DNA of 64,000 nucleotides, from the IMG/VR virus record IMGVR_UViG_3300031992_000030, one strand, 5' to 3'. This document shows, one piece after another, positions 20,173 to 28,304 of this stretch. The notes below the pieces were generated by a model. The model was not told the DNA's origin and made no database searches. It saw nothing but the letters and a program-made list of their open reading frames with translations. The position numbers were made by a program, and so were the translations under genes. Positions within the stretch are counted from its first letter, which is position 1. Every line of letters starts with the position of its first letter. The DNA is from a virus (lineage: Duplodnaviria > Caudoviricetes).

Positions 20173-20619
20173 CTATCCTTCCTCCACAATAAGAAACCTA
20201 CCTGTTTTCTGTTCTATTCTATCTGTTTTATACAACCCTTCTGGTTCTATTATATAAACGTGAACATAATCAGGATTGAGAGTAGAGAAATTAAGACCAT
20301 ATTCATTCACTATCTTCTCTCTCTTGGGTGATAAAATATTAGTTCTATCAGAAACTTGCCAGAAACCCTCGGTATCTCTCCAAACAAGAACACATTTTAG
20401 ACTCATATACGGGACTTCCCAACATACAGGGACTAGTCCATTCAGATCTATAGTCAGGCCGCACGCTTCTGCAACAAGAGGAATTTTGGTATCTGAATTT
20501 TCAGTATAATCGAATTTGACAAAATGACTTGTTCTTGTAATTGCCAAACAATAGGGAGAAGCAGTTAATTCTTGTAACCAATTAGGATTAACTCTTACAT
20601 AATCACATATTAAACTCAT
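20173..20619 (-). CDS. Possible degenerate RNA ligase 1 (T4 Rnl1-like) N-terminal remnant
   Basis: NWLQELTASPYCL...FDY...SD...LVAEACGLTID...VCW resembles Rnl1 N-terminus; no KxDG motif. Confidence 0.4.
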   Translation of the reverse strand: MSLICDYVRVNPNWLQELTASPYCLAITRTSHFVKFDYTENSDTKIPLVAEACGLTIDLNGLVPVCWEVPYMSLKCVLVWRDTEGFWQVSDRTNILSPKREKIVNEYGLNFSTLNPDYVHVYIIEPEGLYKTDRIEQKTGRFLIVEEG

Positions 20620-20685
20620 TTTTTACTCCTTAATTTTTCCTTGCTTTATCAACTTTAATTCTGAATTTACACTTACTTTCGGACA

Positions 20686-20949
20686 TTATACATCTCCTCC
20701 CATATCAGCTCCACAATTTGGACAAAAATTATCAGGAATTACTAAGCTATGCTCCCAGCTGCAATTTGAACATTTTCTTATCTTATATATTATTCCAAAT
20801 GCCCCTTGTTCTTCTCCTACTATTATCCAATATCCTTTTGATCTTTCTGATATTCTTATACCTTGATTAACTCCATCTTTAAAACCCTCATTATAGGCTT
20901 TATGTTCCGCTTTGGTTAATTCGCTTCTATTGATTAAATCATCATTCAT
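20686..20949 (-). CDS. Zinc-ribbon phage protein
   Basis: KGYW...CSNC...NFCPNCGADM. Confidence 0.65.
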   Translation of the reverse strand: MNDDLINRSELTKAEHKAYNEGFKDGVNQGIRISERSKGYWIIVGEEQGAFGIIYKIRKCSNCSWEHSLVIPDNFCPNCGADMGGDV

Positions 20950-21208
20950 TTTCTGCCTCTTTCGTTGCTATATAGATTAACCCCTCAGTATAATCCATAT
21001 CTTTTATTTCTTCCTCATACTCCTCATATATTTCTGGTATATTATCATAACCAAAGCCGCACTCAATCGCCCATTCAACCAAAAGTTTTAATCCTTTGAT
21101 TTCCTTGATAGCCTTGTCAAGCACTTCATTACTCATATGTAAGTTTAGTAAGATGTTTGTTTCTTTTATAAATTTTAAATCATCTATTACTTCTTTATCA
21201 GTCATCAT
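20942..21208 (-). CDS. Hypothetical protein
   Basis: Coupled ORF with RBS. Confidence 0.55.
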   Translation of the reverse strand: MMTDKEVIDDLKFIKETNILLNLHMSNEVLDKAIKEIKGLKLLVEWAIECGFGYDNIPEIYEEYEEEIKDMDYTEGLIYIATKEAENE

Positions 21209-21221
21209 TATTTACTTCCTC

Positions 21222-21422
21222 TTACTCATCTGTGTCATACTCAAAAAATAACCAAAGTACCAGAAGAGCAAACTCAAGACCTGCTATACACAGAAGTATT
21301 GTAGCAAAAAACCCATACTCTTGTGTTTTTCCAAATGCAAATATTAGGGTAAGACAAATAGGACACGCAAATAATAAACAAGCGAGTACAAAACTTCCAA
21401 TGCCTCTAATTAGTTTATTCAT
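21222..21422 (-). CDS. Small two-TM membrane protein
   Basis: Two hydrophobic segments; RBS GGAGG. Confidence 0.55.
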   Translation of the reverse strand: MNKLIRGIGSFVLACLLFACPICLTLIFAFGKTQEYGFFATILLCIAGLEFALLVLWLFFEYDTDE

Positions 21423-21743
21423 TTTTAACCTCCATCAGAAAAAGGACTTGACAAATCTTCCTTAAGATAGATGGATTTATCATTATATGTCATTGTTAAA
21501 TTTGCCCATCCATCACCGCAGTCAAGAAGAATCATCTTGTCTCTGTCTTTCTCTATATCTACTCTTTTCAAAAAATCACCTAATGTCATTTTTTATTACC
21601 TCTCATATCTGCACCACAAGTAAGACAAAAGTCTAATATTTTATTGGGATCTGAATATGATCCACAATTAGAACATATTAAACATTCAGATTGATTAGAA
21701 TTAATTTTATATCTTATCCAATGTCCTGTCGGTCTCTTATGTT

Positions 21744-21959
21744 TTAACATATTGATTCTTCTCTTTTACTTTTCAATTTAGTTTGAAGATATATTATAAA
21801 TTCATATATACAATCTTCGCAAATATGATGTGTTCTATTATCAGAGCAACTACCCGCATAGCCAATAAGATAATTTTTACTTTTAATTATGTAATAACGC
21901 TTATTTACTCCAACACGTTCTCCGCAAATATCACATATTTTATGCTTTGGTATAATCAT
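21744..21959 (-). CDS. Zinc-ribbon protein
   Basis: CDICG...HICEDC. Confidence 0.55.
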   Translation of the reverse strand: MIIPKHKICDICGERVGVNKRYYIIKSKNYLIGYAGSCSDNRTHHICEDCIYEFIIYLQTKLKSKREESIC

Positions 21960-22260
21960 TCTTCTCCTCCAATCATAAGATATAACAGATTTCCTTCAAA
22001 TTTTGAATGGTTATTAGATAAACAATCGTGAAACTCTTCGTCTGATAAGATACAGACTGCTTCAGGAACACAATTGGAATTCTTTGGCGTGATAATTTTT
22101 GAATAAATACATTCTTTACAATTTTTCATTTTTATTCTTCCTCTGAAACTTTTTGTAAAATTTACAATTCTCATCGTCTGGGAGTCGTTCAAACCGGTGG
22201 CAACGACAACAAACCCAATCTTCATAGTCAAAATCTCCGAGATTTTCTCCTTCTTCACAA

Positions 22261-22686
22261 CTATAACAAAGACTTTTCATTTTTTTCCTCCCTATTGTCA
22301 TTTAAGTTTATATGACTTACTACCCGACCTTCAAAATTAATAATATCTCCATTACTTGTAACAAAAAGTTTATCTGTCCATCGAATTTCATTATTGCCTT
22401 TTTTATATCTCATGTCTGCTCCGCAAGTCGGACAAAAGCTGTAATGAGGTTTTTGATTATAACCACCGCCATAATCAATATATCTACATTCTGAACAATG
22501 CCAATTACCAATGTTTGGATTTCCATCATATTGATTATATTCCCATTTACCTTTTGGTCTTTCTTCGTAAAGTTTACCATTACGAACTGCTTGGTCAATT
22601 GCTTTTCTATCTTCCAAACTTGTGTTTACCCCATTATCAAATAGTCGAGTAAATACATTCTCATCAATATCAATTACAATTTTCAT
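22261..22686 (-). CDS. Zinc-ribbon phage protein
   Basis: ERPKGKW...CSEC...FCPTCGADMR. Confidence 0.65.
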   Translation of the reverse strand: MKIVIDIDENVFTRLFDNGVNTSLEDRKAIDQAVRNGKLYEERPKGKWEYNQYDGNPNIGNWHCSECRYIDYGGGYNQKPHYSFCPTCGADMRYKKGNNEIRWTDKLFVTSNGDIINFEGRVVSHINLNDNREEKNEKSLL

Positions 22687-22974
22687 TTTTCATTCTCTTC
22701 TCCTTCTATTGGTTCTCCGTATTACATACTCACTTGTTATTCTTATTCTATTCTATCTTCATATATATATTATAACATATTTTTATTTATTTGTCAAGAT
22801 GAATTTTTACAAAAATTTATAAAACCATTTTTATTTGGACAATTTGGTCTCAAAATTTTGAAGAGTGGTTTTTTAGCTGCGAGACGATTTGTGCGCTTGG
22901 GCGCGGTGCGAGCAACCCATGTAAACTTTTTTACCAAATAAAAAAAGGGAGATTTCAATTAAGAAATCTCCCAT

Positions 22975-23047
22975 TGGAGTGCCCCGTGGGAGTTGAACCC
23001 ACCCCAACGGTTTTGCAGACCGCTTGCCCTCCGCGAACATGAGGCAC
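22975..23047 (-). tRNA. tRNA-Cys(GCA), short D-arm
   Basis: Anticodon loop with GCA, GGTTCAACTCC T-arm, U73-CCA, terminator downstream. Confidence 0.85.
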
Positions 23048-23048
23048 A

Positions 23049-23258
23049 TTACTCTAACTTATCATCATAATCATCAACATAAAATCTATCATCATCGTAA
23101 TAAGTGCTTAACATATATCTTAAATCAAAAGCTAAATCTTGGATATGAGATTCCTGACTTTCGTTTTCTATTTTAGTCAAACCACTCCAACATCTCTCTA
23201 TAAGAGCATCACGATTATCAGCACCTAATTTATTGTTTAATTGATATTTAGTTTTCAT
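23049..23258 (-). CDS. Hypothetical protein
   Basis: Coupled ORF. Confidence 0.5.
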   Translation of the reverse strand: MKTKYQLNNKLGADNRDALIERCWSGLTKIENESQESHIQDLAFDLRYMLSTYYDDDRFYVDDYDDKLE

Positions 23259-23788
23259 TATAAATGTCCTCCAGTAACCGTATCAAACCAAAAGTTCCAG
23301 TTAATTAATTCGCATATAATTAGATTGTGATACTCACCGTACTTATCTCTCATATATCCTGTCAACTGGAACAGATTTTTATTATACCCACCGGCCGCAC
23401 TTTCAACTATCTTCTGGTAGCCTTTTCCAGCCTTGTTATCAGCAACATATCTAAACTCAACTCTACGAGGTTTCATAGATAAAATTTCCTCAATAACTTT
23501 TGCTATTCCAAGAGCCATAGTCATCTTATACTTTGGATTTTGATTAAGACAAATCAAACCAAAATTACAAACTTGATGTGCATAAAAATCAACTCTATAA
23601 CTGATATATCCTACTACTACATTGTACTCTTGATTTACAATGGCATACTGATAACATCCATTTTCTTCTTTAATAGTCCATTCATAATTCTCAATACATC
23701 CATTATAAAAGAGCATTGCTTCAGAATATTGATTCATCTTGAACAAAGTTTCAAGTTCGTTTTTACGAGCCATAGCTGGGACTAACAT
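23258..23788 (-). CDS. GNAT-family (RimJ/RimL-like) acetyltransferase
   Basis: YAIV...VVGYISY...NFGLI...RRVEF..VADN.A...Y...GG pattern. Confidence 0.55.
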   Translation of the reverse strand: MLVPAMARKNELETLFKMNQYSEAMLFYNGCIENYEWTIKEENGCYQYAIVNQEYNVVVGYISYRVDFYAHQVCNFGLICLNQNPKYKMTMALGIAKVIEEILSMKPRRVEFRYVADNKAGKGYQKIVESAAGGYNKNLFQLTGYMRDKYGEYHNLIICELINWNFWFDTVTGGHL

Positions 23789-23958
23789 AAATATCTATTC
23801 TCTCCTCGACTATCATTATCTTACTAACATAATAATCTATATATTCATAAGGAACATCTTTTACAAAACCTTTGTACACCAATTCACCTAAAAGATGAAT
23901 TCCAATTTTATCTCCAAGTTTTGGAATTAAATTGAGTAAATCACCAAGTTGAATTGCT

Positions 23959-24207
23959 TTATACTCCATGACCGAATACCTCATTAAGTACATCATATAC
24001 TTCTTCTGGAGTATTGCAGATATTATATGCTTTTTGGATAGTGTATAACTGTTTCAGCCAGTCTGCCATATGTCTATCGTGGTCAGCATATCTTAATTCT
24101 TGACCCGCAGAACTATCAAAACCATCTCTTGCGAATCTATGGGCTTGTTCTACGTGCTTTGTAGCAGAATTGTAAAAATTTTCTATTTCTTTTTCAATAT
24201 CATTCAT
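23959..24207 (-). CDS. Hypothetical protein
   Basis: Coupled ORF with RBS. Confidence 0.5.
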   Translation of the reverse strand: MNDIEKEIENFYNSATKHVEQAHRFARDGFDSSAGQELRYADHDRHMADWLKQLYTIQKAYNICNTPEEVYDVLNEVFGHGV

Positions 24208-24475
24208 TTTTTATTTCCTCCATTTTAGTAAAATAAACATTTACTTGTTCTTCACTTATATATTCAAAATTAGCACGAAAACCACAATCTTCAGCAATAT
24301 TGTTAAGTTCTTTTACAAGTTTTTTAAAGCCTTCGATAGGAGCGAAGTGTGGACAAGTTAGTTCATCAGGGTCGGTTGAAAATTTAAATGTATTACAATG
24401 CTTTTGAGAGTAATGAGCGCAATCTTCACAAAATTTAATTCCAAGTTCTTTTGTGGTTCCTACAATTTTCTTCAT
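24200..24475 (-). CDS. Hypothetical Cys-containing protein
   Basis: FCEDCAHY...C...CPHF. Confidence 0.5.
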   Translation of the reverse strand: MKKIVGTTKELGIKFCEDCAHYSQKHCNTFKFSTDPDELTCPHFAPIEGFKKLVKELNNIAEDCGFRANFEYISEEQVNVYFTKMEEIKNE

Positions 24476-24978
24476 ATAAATTGAGCCCTTTCTTTAAATT
24501 TCTTTTTGGCAAATTCTTCTGCTTCTGTATCACCGACTTTTACTATTAAACCCCTATCGAGTCCACTTTTAATCCAATAATAAAACTTACCCGCATAGGC
24601 TTTTTCATCTATAATAACCTTACATTCATATTCTCCATCTGTTTCTGGTAAATGAGTGATATAGCATCCATCAAAACCATTTTCTTTTTCTAATTCGCCG
24701 TGAAGATAAATATATGGAGTTGCTTTGAAGGTATAATCTTTAACCCCTATAACTTTTACATCTTCTTCCACAGTAACCAAGTGTACAGACCAAGAGCCGA
24801 AATCACAGTAAGTTTCTCCTTTATCTCCTAACCAACCACGAGTAAAACGAGGATTAGGAAAACCCCATTTTGCCATTTCTTCTAAACAGGCTTGATGATA
24901 TTCTTCATAGGAGAAATACTCACCTATTTTAGTACGGTCTTTGTTTGGGTACTCAAGATATAATATATATTTTTTCAT
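24472..24978 (-). CDS. Hypothetical protein
   Basis: ORF with RBS and consensus promoter. Confidence 0.6.
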   Translation of the reverse strand: MKKYILYLEYPNKDRTKIGEYFSYEEYHQACLEEMAKWGFPNPRFTRGWLGDKGETYCDFGSWSVHLVTVEEDVKVIGVKDYTFKATPYIYLHGELEKENGFDGCYITHLPETDGEYECKVIIDEKAYAGKFYYWIKSGLDRGLIVKVGDTEAEEFAKKKFKERAQFI

Positions 24979-25097
24979 AAAGCATATTTCTCCTTTATTT
25001 TATATATATATTATATCATAATTTTTTATTTTTGTCAATAAAGTTTTTATTGTTTGCGGCGGGGCGTTCCTGAGATCCTCATGACCAAGGACCGCAC

Positions 25098-25889
25098 TTA
25101 CTCATAAAGATAAAAAATCTTTTCATCTTCAAGTCTGATGCAAGCCAAGTTTCCGTTACGGCCATCCTCATCGTCTGGATAATTCTTTCCGTACACCAGG
25201 CCGCAATCTATATTTATAAAACGACGATTTCTTTCGTTATATAAAGTACAAACTTTACCTTTATTATAAAACATTTCGGTCGGTATAATGGTTGGTGTAT
25301 GACCAAAAATTATTGTTGCATTTGGTTTTCCGCCATATTTAATTCCCTCTTCTCTTGCCCAAATATAAAAATCTTCTATATCTTCAGCAAGATAATCAAA
25401 AGGTTTTTCTTCTGTAAAAGCAGTAAAGTCTTCTGGTGAGATAAAACCGCCATGAATAACAATAAATTCTTTACCATTTATTTCTAAATCAAAATAATAG
25501 GGCATATCAGTAATCATCTTGTTCCAACGCTGGAAATCAGTAGCACTTAAATTATGTTCATTTACAAGTTTTTCTACTGTACCATAATAATCATATACGC
25601 CACTATTCCATACATCTTCAAATTGTATCACTTCACTTTTATTATGAGCATTATTAAAAATCTTACTACAATATCTTGCAAAATCTATATCATGATTGCC
25701 CTTGATAAACTTAACTCCTTTTGGTTTACTATGAGCATATTCAAGCATTTCGTATGACTGAGGTCCACGATCCACAATATCACCCGCAATAATAAGTTCA
25801 TCTACTTCTGGGTTAAAATTAATTTTATTTAACATTTGTTGAAATTCATTATAACAGCCGTGAATATCAGCCATAACATAAGTAGACAT
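25098..25889 (-). CDS. Calcineurin-like metallophosphoesterase (PPP Ser/Thr phosphatase family)
   Basis: DIHG, GDIVDRG, KGNHD, HGG, FGHTP, IDCG motifs. Confidence 0.92.
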   Translation of the reverse strand: MSTYVMADIHGCYNEFQQMLNKINFNPEVDELIIAGDIVDRGPQSYEMLEYAHSKPKGVKFIKGNHDIDFARYCSKIFNNAHNKSEVIQFEDVWNSGVYDYYGTVEKLVNEHNLSATDFQRWNKMITDMPYYFDLEINGKEFIVIHGGFISPEDFTAFTEEKPFDYLAEDIEDFYIWAREEGIKYGGKPNATIIFGHTPTIIPTEMFYNKGKVCTLYNERNRRFINIDCGLVYGKNYPDDEDGRNGNLACIRLEDEKIFYLYE

Positions 25890-26031
25890 AATTATTTCCT
25901 CACTTTATTTTTTTCTATATATATTGTACTATAATTTTTAATCATTGTCAATAAAGAATTTTGAATCTTGTCCATGATTAATCAAATCATATTTTTTAGT
26001 TAGACATACACATAGTTCCTTAAATACAAAA

Positions 26032-26208
26032 ATGGGGAGGCACAACCCTCCCCCGCAGCAGTATATCCACTGGAGTTCCCTCTGTTCAATTTATATACCG
26101 CAGATATGAGGTGGGTGGACCCGTACCAAAGGGTAACACGACCTTTTTAGGAGTTGGTCCTCCAGTGTCCCTATTTTATTCTCTTCGTGATACAGGCCCA
26201 ATGCGGTT
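26032..26208 (-). ncRNA. Candidate structured ncRNA plus terminator ending the tRNA transcript
   Basis: CACTGGAG/CTCCAGTG stem, H-type pseudoknot GGAG-GACC-CTCC-TAAAAA-GGTC, terminator GGGGAGG/CCTCCCC + T-run. Confidence 0.45.
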
Positions 26209-26212
26209 ACAA

Positions 26213-26364
26213 TCTTGAAGATGAGGATTTGCACCTCATATAGCAATACTATTTCAACTATGGATTCGTGTTGTCGTTTCACCAACATCAGTTTAGTTTC
26301 TTGTCTTTTCAACAATCAATAATTGCCTTACCTTTAAGCGTCTACCTATTCCGCCACCTCAAGA
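26213..26364 (-). ncRNA. tRNA-like RNA with ~95-nt insert replacing the anticodon arm
   Basis: 8-bp acceptor TCTTGAGG/CTTCAAGA, Leu-type D-arm GCGGAATAGGTAGACGC, T-arm TGAGG-TGCAAAT-CCTCA, no CCA. Confidence 0.6.
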
Positions 26365-26368
26365 TATT

Positions 26369-26444
26369 TGGGTGATATAATCAGATTTGAACTGATATCT
26401 TCAAGAGCCACGGTCTTGCGTTTTACCATTAAACTATATACCAC
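26369..26444 (-). tRNA. tRNA-His(GTG), G-1:C73, C33
   Basis: CAAGA-CCGTGGC-TCTTG; CCA encoded. Confidence 0.9.
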
Positions 26445-26449
26445 ATATT

Positions 26450-26541
26450 TGGCGATGGTACTCAGATTCGAACTGAGACGTCGCTTACACGACTACTCAT
26501 GGTTTAGCAAACCACTGCCTTACCATTAGGCTTATACCATC
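26450..26541 (-). tRNA. tRNA-Ser(GCT)
   Basis: GTGGT-TTGCTAA-ACCAT, long variable arm, G73-CCA. Confidence 0.9.
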
Positions 26542-26661
26542 ATTAATGACAGCGTGTGCACCTTGTACTTTGGCATTGAAACTGTTAATTCGGATTGCTG
26601 CACATCTGGCCTTCCATCCTATAAAACCTATGTTTTTCTGCATACTTTAATTCTCACTTCT

Positions 26662-26737
26662 TGGCAGCCGCGAAAGGAATCGAACCTTTATCTTCTGGTT
26701 CAGAGCCAGATATACTAAGCCTTTATACGACACGGCC
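26662..26737 (-). tRNA. tRNA-Gln(CTG)
   Basis: TCTGG-CTCTGAA-CCAGA; CCA. Confidence 0.9.
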
Positions 26738-26761
26738 ATTTTAGAAAGGGTAAAGCCCTTT

Positions 26762-27253
26762 CTACTTACTATACTTATTAGCAATACCACTTGCGGTATA
26801 ACTATAAGGCTTAATCAAACAAGTGTAACCGCAAGCAGTTACCCACTTTGTGATTTCATTTATTAACATAGAAGTCTTTCCATCTTGTCCAATATCACAA
26901 TGAATTTGGAAAGTTAAGTCGAGATTATTTATATCAATATCATATTCATATAAAGCCAACTCTAACTTATCAACCAAACCATTGGCAATCTCAAGACTTC
27001 TTGATGTTTCGGTACTGATTTTTTGCTTCAAATTAGAAATCTTATGCATATACTCTATGTTATAGAAATATATACCACCATTTCCTTGTCTATGTACCGC
27101 TATTACCTCAACCATTTTTGTTTGTCTATGGTTTTGGCTATCAGTACCAACAGTGAACTCATAAGTTGCATTAGGTTGGTCAGCGATGTACTTAGCTATC
27201 TTGTTAATAATTTGATCTTCGGTCATTTCTTGACCAGATGCTGACCTAAACAC
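26762..27253 (-). CDS. RNase H-like YkuK/DUF458 family nuclease
   Basis: VGTDSQ...HRQGNGGIYFY...ETSRSL...IHCDIG..GKT...IKPYSYTAS.IANKYSK. Confidence 0.8.
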   Translation of the reverse strand: MFRSASGQEMTEDQIINKIAKYIADQPNATYEFTVGTDSQNHRQTKMVEVIAVHRQGNGGIYFYNIEYMHKISNLKQKISTETSRSLEIANGLVDKLELALYEYDIDINNLDLTFQIHCDIGQDGKTSMLINEITKWVTACGYTCLIKPYSYTASGIANKYSK

Positions 27254-27298
27254 GACAACTTATCTCCTTTCATTTTTGTTTTGTATGTCCTTGCGGAC

Positions 27299-27375
27299 TG
27301 GCACACCGGGAGGGATTTGAACCCAGTCATCGTGCGGTTTTGGAGACCGCTGTTTTACCGTTAAACTACCGGTGC
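27299..27375 (-). tRNA. tRNA-Trp(CCA)
   Basis: GCGGT-CTCCAAA-ACCGC; CCA. Confidence 0.9.
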
Positions 27376-27381
27376 ATATTT

Positions 27382-27457
27382 TGGTTGGAAGTGTGAGAGT
27401 CGAACTCACCGCAACCGCTTTATAAGAACGGCCCCATAACCGCTTGGGTAACTTCCA
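27382..27457 (-). tRNA. tRNA-Ile(TAT)
   Basis: CCGTT-CTTATAA-AGCGG; A73-CCA. Confidence 0.85.
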
Positions 27458-27466
27458 GTAAATAAA

Positions 27467-27577
27467 TGGTGCACGAGGTAGGACTCGAACCTACACACTA
27501 TCCATAGTATCTAACATATACCGCGAATCTAATATTAGACTTGTGGATTAGCCGTCTTCCTATTGCGGCACTCGTCC
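27467..27577 (-). ncRNA. tRNA-like RNA with expanded, anticodon-less arm
   Basis: Acceptor GGACGAG/CTCGTGC + ACCA, D-arm, variable hairpin, GTAGG-TTCGAGT-CCTAC; ~40-nt irregular stem instead of 7-nt loop. Confidence 0.6.
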
Positions 27578-27584
27578 ATGAATT

Positions 27585-27669
27585 TGGTGGGCAGGGTGAG
27601 TGTCGATCTCACTATTCCCGAAGGAGTCGGATTTACGGTCCGATGCAGTTGCCGATTTGCTACCTACCC
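27585..27669 (-). tRNA. tRNA-Tyr(GTA), C33, T-loop ATCGACA
   Basis: TCGGA-CCGTAAA-TCCGA, long variable arm, CCA. Confidence 0.88.
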
Positions 27670-27673
27670 ATGT

Positions 27674-27747
27674 TGGAGCCGTATACGAGGTTTGAACTCG
27701 TACTATCTGCTTGGAGGGCAGAGGTGCTACCATTACACCAATACGAC
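27674..27747 (-). tRNA. tRNA-Gly(TCC), C33
   Basis: TCTGC-CCTCCAA-GCAGA; U73-CCA. Confidence 0.88.
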
Positions 27748-27753
27748 ATTTGA

Positions 27754-27827
27754 TGGTGGCTTTACCGGGAGTCGAACCCGAATAGACAACCTTATGAGAG
27801 TTGTTTGGGAACCAGACCCATAAAGCC
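27754..27827 (-). tRNA. tRNA-Met/Ile2(CAT), atypical short D-arm
   Basis: ACAACT-CTCATAA-GGTTGT, D-arm GGG-TCTGGTT-CCC, CCA. Confidence 0.7.
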
Positions 27828-27918
27828 ATATCTCTTATTTTCTATATATATTATAACATAAAAAATTAGAGTTGTCAAGAAAAATTTTTGGGGCCAACAC
27901 TAATTGTGCGGCCCCCGT

Positions 27919-27993
27919 TGGAGCAAGTAGTGGGAGTTGGACCCACATCTCAACCTTGGCAAGGTCGAATAATAACCGTTATACTATACCTGC
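27919..27993 (-). tRNA. tRNA-Gly(GCC)
   Basis: CGACC-TTGCCAA-GGTTG; U73-CCA. Confidence 0.88.
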
Positions 27994-28000
27994 ATTTAAT

Positions 28001-28078
28001 TGGTGCTCGCACAAGGATTCGAACCTTGGACCCCTTGCTTGTAAGGCAAATGCTCTCGACCAGCTGAGCTATGCGAGC
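28001..28078 (-). tRNA. tRNA-Val(TAC)
   Basis: TTTGC-CTTACAA-GCAAG; CCA. Confidence 0.92.
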
Positions 28079-28084
28079 ATATAA

Positions 28085-28186
28085 ATGACGCTTTAAAGAG
28101 CCTCCCATAGGCGATTACAAAATTGAATGGCTTGTAATATAAGAATCGAACTTATTGTTATTATTTTGTATTGCTGTAAGCGTCAT
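28085..28186 (-). ncRNA. CAGCAA-family Y-RNA-like ncRNA 1 (circularly permuted tRNA module, YrlA-like)
   Basis: ATGACGC/GCGTCAT terminal stem, CAGCAA, T-arm ATAAG-TTCGATT-CTTAT, acceptor ATTACAA(GCCA..)TTGTAAT, D-arm GCCT-ATGGG-AGGC. Confidence 0.7.
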
Positions 28187-28201
28187 ATAAAATTTAATTA
28201 A

Positions 28202-28293
28202 ATGACCCGACCTACGGAATCGAACCGATATATTTGATTTGCAGTCAAATTGTTTACCATAAACGAGCGTTTTGATTTGCTGATAAGGGTCAC
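28202..28293 (-). ncRNA. CAGCAA-family ncRNA 2 (D, anticodon GCA and T arms; acceptor replaced by CAGCAA stem)
   Basis: GTGACCC/GGGTCAT stem, CAGCAA, GTTT-ATGGT-AAAC, TTTGA-CTGCAAA-TCAAA, CGG-TTCGATT-CCG. Confidence 0.7.
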
Positions 28294-28304
28294 AAAAAAA
28301 TAAA

